Of a DNA stretch of 64,000 nucleotides, positions 61,130 through 64,000 are shown piece after piece (position 1 is the first letter of the stretch; each line of letters starts with the position of its first letter). The DNA is from Dehalococcoidia bacterium (lineage in GTDB: Bacteria; Chloroflexota; Dehalococcoidia; UBA6926): the NCBI GenBank assembly GCA_963666115.2, contig CAXXET010000008.1, forward strand, positions 128,001 through 192,000, read 5' to 3'. A program made the position numbers and the translations under genes. The notes beneath the pieces are model-generated. The model was not told where the DNA came from, searched no databases, and saw only the letters and a list, made by a program, of their open reading frames with translations.

Positions 61130-61425
61130 TCGGCCTCGGGGAAGTCAAGCAGGGCGCGGTCCGTCACCCGCAGCACCCGGCTGCTCCCGTCATCGATGGT
61201 GACCATCTTGAACGTGCGCGGATGGCGCGTCTTCATCAGCGAATCGACCCACGGCCCGTCCTGCTCCCACGGACGCGCAAAGCCGATAGTAATCATCCAC
61301 CGCCCTGTATCGGGATTGTGGACGACCTCTTCAAGCCCAACGTTGGCAATCTCCTCGTCCTCGAAGAGAGTCACAATCTCCGCGCGGGCAATCTCGACGG
61401 CTTTCTTCACGTGCAGTTGCGGCAT
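61126..61425 (-). CDS. Hypothetical PIN partner, paralog A
   Basis: VKKAVEIAR...NVGLEEVVH...WMITIGFARPW; ATGA-coupled to the PIN gene. Confidence 0.65.
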   Translation of the reverse strand: MPQLHVKKAVEIARAEIVTLFEDEEIANVGLEEVVHNPDTGRWMITIGFARPWEQDGPWVDSLMKTRHPRTFKMVTIDDGSSRVLRVTDRALLDFPEAE

Positions 61426-61429
61426 CGTT

Positions 61430-61723
61430 TCACCTGAACATGCGCGGCGTCGCGCGCTCGGCAAGCCCGATAACTTGCCGGCTCTCATCATCGATTGTCA
61501 CGAGCTTATACGTCCTGGGATGCTCGGAAGTATCGTAAGGGCTGTGGCGCGGAGGCCTGAAAGCCCAGGGCCGCTTGAATCCGATGGTAATCTTCCATCT
61601 GCCAGCCTCCGGATCGTGGACGACCTCCTCCAGGCCGACGTTCTCAATCCCCTCAACGTCAAAGAGGCCCCGTACCTCCCGCTTGGCGATGTCCACCGCC
61701 GCCCTAACCTCAAGATTAGCCAT
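61430..61723 (-). CDS. Hypothetical PIN partner, paralog B
   Basis: VRAAVDIAK...NVGLEEVVH...WKITIGFKRPW. Confidence 0.65.
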   Translation of the reverse strand: MANLEVRAAVDIAKREVRGLFDVEGIENVGLEEVVHDPEAGRWKITIGFKRPWAFRPPRHSPYDTSEHPRTYKLVTIDDESRQVIGLAERATPRMFR

Positions 61724-61813
61724 GCCCGCCTCGCCACTCCCTCCCAACACACAACCATTCTATAGCAGAGTGTCAGTTGCCCTCACCCGCCCCCCATGTA
61801 TACTGTCCCCACC

Positions 61814-62197
61814 ATGAACGGATACGGCAGAACATACGCAGAGCAGGGCCGCATCTACCTTGCGCAGGCTTATGAGGAGCTTGAGCGGGGCGACCTCCCG
61901 CAGACCGCGGAGAAAGGCTGGGGCGCAGCGTCTCAGCTCGTCAAAGCCGCCGCCGATGAGCGAGGCCTGCCCCATCACTCCCACGGCTTCCTCTTCCGCG
62001 CCGTCGGAGTCCTCGGTGAAGAGCAGGGCGGCGATGTTATCCGGCAAGGCTTCTTCTCCGCGCACGGCCTCCACGGCAACTACTACGAAGGCGGAAGCCC
62101 CGAAGCCGACATCCGAGCCGCCCTAAAAGACGTAGAATCCCTAGTTGAAACAATCGAGGGAATGCTGAACGGGCGCAATGGAGCGACAACTCCCTAG
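61814..62197 (+). CDS. PaREP1/HEPN-like protein, copy 5
   Basis: DLPQTAEKGWGAA...LHGNYYE. Confidence 0.8.
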   Translation: MNGYGRTYAEQGRIYLAQAYEELERGDLPQTAEKGWGAASQLVKAAADERGLPHHSHGFLFRAVGVLGEEQGGDVIRQGFFSAHGLHGNYYEGGSPEADIRAALKDVESLVETIEGMLNGRNGATTP

Positions 62198-62295
62198 CCT
62201 GGCCCTCACCGCCCCGTACACAACCCTCGCCGCGTAAGTAGTAAACAGTGTAGGCTTGGCGGCGAGAACGAGAGGCACGCTCTGATTCCAGATGC

Positions 62296-62673
62296 GTGCC
62301 GGGGCTCAAACACATGAAGCTCACCAAAATAGCAGCCTGGGCAGCCCACCTCTGGGCTTGGGCCGTCGGCCTCTGGATGACCTTCGGCCCCTTCTACAGC
62401 GATGGCGCGACGCTGGTCGAACAGAACGGCGCATACGTTCTCCTGATACTGCTCTTCCCCATTCTGATGTCCGGCATCGCGCTCCTGGCCATCCGCTTCA
62501 TCGATGCCGGACGGGTAGCGCGCAAAGCGCTCCTGTGGACAATAGCCCTGGTTCTCGTGGCCCTCTGCATAGCGACCTATATCTCCCTCTGCATATTCTA
62601 TCTCCCAATGGTGATCGTACTGCTGGTTGTGGCCATACGCGAGGGAGGGCTTACGGCTGTTCGGTGGCGATGA
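62296..62673 (+). CDS. Small four-TM membrane protein
   Basis: Hydrophobic throughout; lies between two near-duplicate HEPN genes. Confidence 0.6.
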   Translation: MPGLKHMKLTKIAAWAAHLWAWAVGLWMTFGPFYSDGATLVEQNGAYVLLILLFPILMSGIALLAIRFIDAGRVARKALLWTIALVLVALCIATYISLCIFYLPMVIVLLVVAIREGGLTAVRWR

Positions 62674-62742
62674 GCGCCATCTCCGCCTCCGGGTCCGACA
62701 CCCCAAACCGCGCCCCCGCCCCCCATGTATACTGTCCCCACC

Positions 62743-63126
62743 ATGAACGGCTACGGCAGGACATACGCTGAACAGGGGCGCATCTACCTTGCCCAGGCTT
62801 ACGAAGAGCTTGAGCGCGGAGACCTCCCGCAGGCCGCGGAGAAAGGCTGGGGCGCAGCGTCTCAGCTCGTCAAAGCCGCCGCCGATGAGCGTGGCCTGCC
62901 GCATCACTCCCACGGGCTGCTTTTCCGGACTGTGGGGGTTCTTACCGAGGAATCCGGAGATGATGCCATTCGCCGGGGGTTTGACTCCGCCAGTTCCCTT
63001 CACGTCAACTACTATGAGGGCGGCGCAGCGAAGGTGAATATCCGCGCAAGCTTGCAGGACGTCGAGTCCCTCGTCGAAACAATCGAAACCATGCTAAACG
63101 GCCACAACGGCGCAACAACTCCCTAG
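62743..63126 (+). CDS. PaREP1/HEPN-like protein, copy 6
   Basis: DLPQAAEKGWGAA...LHVNYYE; 5' half nearly identical to copy 5. Confidence 0.8.
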   Translation: MNGYGRTYAEQGRIYLAQAYEELERGDLPQAAEKGWGAASQLVKAAADERGLPHHSHGLLFRTVGVLTEESGDDAIRRGFDSASSLHVNYYEGGAAKVNIRASLQDVESLVETIETMLNGHNGATTP

Positions 63127-63142
63127 CGCCCCCCGCCGCCTA

Positions 63143-63200
63143 CCCCAACCAACCCGTCAACCACGCGGCGCACAGCCGCGCGAGACTACACTGCGCCGCC
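63143..63200 (+). repeat. Direct repeat copy 2
   Basis: Matches 60618-60672. Confidence 0.85.
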
Positions 63201-63320
63201 GGTGGTGACCTTCCAGCGACCTGCGTCCGGTTCACACGGAGTCAGGCGGTTCCTCGTCAAGCTGGAAAACGGTGAGGATTCCTTCCATCATGGAAGGATA
63301 TGGCAACTGGGAGGTTGAGC

Positions 63321-63779
63321 ATGGACAAGACATGGAAAGTCGCCGGCATTACCGTTGTGATGGCTTTAGTCACGCTGACAATGACGGCATGTCAGGGCCC
63401 TCAGGGGCCAGCAGGTCCGGTTGGGCCTCAAGGACTAATTGGCCCGGTGGGACCCCAAGGAGCAGTAGGGCCAGTTGGACCCCAAGGACCAATAGGGCCG
63501 CAGGGTCCGGAAGGACAGCCTGGCTCACAGGTGACCGCACCGAGCGAAGAGATGCAGGAGCCCTATAGTGCAGAGATGTATGACGACTGCCGAGACGCTT
63601 TCGGCAGCATGAGCGCCACCACCTTGAGGCTCCTCTTGGCATCCGGAGCGGACGAAGATGACTACCAATTTCTACTTGAAATGTCAGATTCAGACGTTCG
63701 TGGTGTGATGAAGCTGGGGTGCCTGGCTATTGCCTCAGGTGGTCGTGCACCCTTCGGCTCTTTTTGGGATGAAACGTAG
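63321..63779 (+). CDS. Collagen-like lipoprotein
   Basis: Lipobox MTAC followed by G-X-Y repeats ([12 protein letters not shown]...). Confidence 0.8.
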   Translation: MDKTWKVAGITVVMALVTLTMTACQGPQGPAGPVGPQGLIGPVGPQGAVGPVGPQGPIGPQGPEGQPGSQVTAPSEEMQEPYSAEMYDDCRDAFGSMSATTLRLLLASGADEDDYQFLLEMSDSDVRGVMKLGCLAIASGGRAPFGSFWDET

Positions 63780-63898
63780 CTCATTTGGGGTTTGGATGGT
63801 AGAACCCAAGAGCGTCTCGATAGGGTTGGTGCCCTCCGCTTGTCCCCCTCCAGGGGTTCACATAGAATGGCGTGGACAGTAATGAGGGAGACACAGCC

Positions 63899-64000
63899 AT
63901 GAGCCGCGTCGTTGTACTGCTGGAACCGACTTTCCTGCGTGACCGCGAGAACGGCGAGTACGCGGCGCGATTCCGCAGCCTCGGCCTCACCGCCTACGGC
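63899..64000 (+). CDS. HicB-like protein (partial, runs off the window)
   Basis: MSRVVVLLEPTFLRDRENGEYAARFRSLGLTAYG. Confidence 0.5.
   Translation, partial: MSRVVVLLEPTFLRDRENGEYAARFRSLGLTAYG

Overview
A GC-rich bacterial chromosomal window. An unlinked 16S gene, a PAC2 chaperone, leaderless promoters and the capsid cluster suggest Chloroflexota, probably Dehalococcoidia/SAR202-like; this is an inference and needs a 16S search. Short core blocks (MaoC-type dehydratase, two enoyl-CoA hydratases, comM, rplY, sucCD, RND permease, PIG-L, PAC2, amidases, a lone 16S rRNA) alternate with accessory patches. The patches are rich in restriction-modification genes (PLD nuclease plus m6A MTase, EcoRII/Vsr/Dcm, MTase-HNH, MTase-Mrr-like, type IIG, GmrSD), intact and orphan toxin-antitoxin genes, TPR proteins and palindromic REP/dRS3-like clusters. 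Four things stand out. (1) Several cargo blocks are bracketed by direct repeats copied from adjacent host sequence, with no integrase or transposase in the window; these include a displaced, divergent copy of the RND-end/PIG-L-end junction carrying different cargo. (2) Strongly strand-biased synonymous recoding (G to A/C, N to A) forms halos around these junctions. (3) A stand-alone capsid/adaptor/tail-like operon lacks packaging and replication genes and may be GTA-like. (4) Six PaREP1/HEPN-like paralogs, each with its own leaderless -10 promoter, are arranged divergently on both sides of the 16S gene. Several +1 frameshifts in homopolymers may be long-read errors. No CRISPR array, tRNA or 23S gene was seen.
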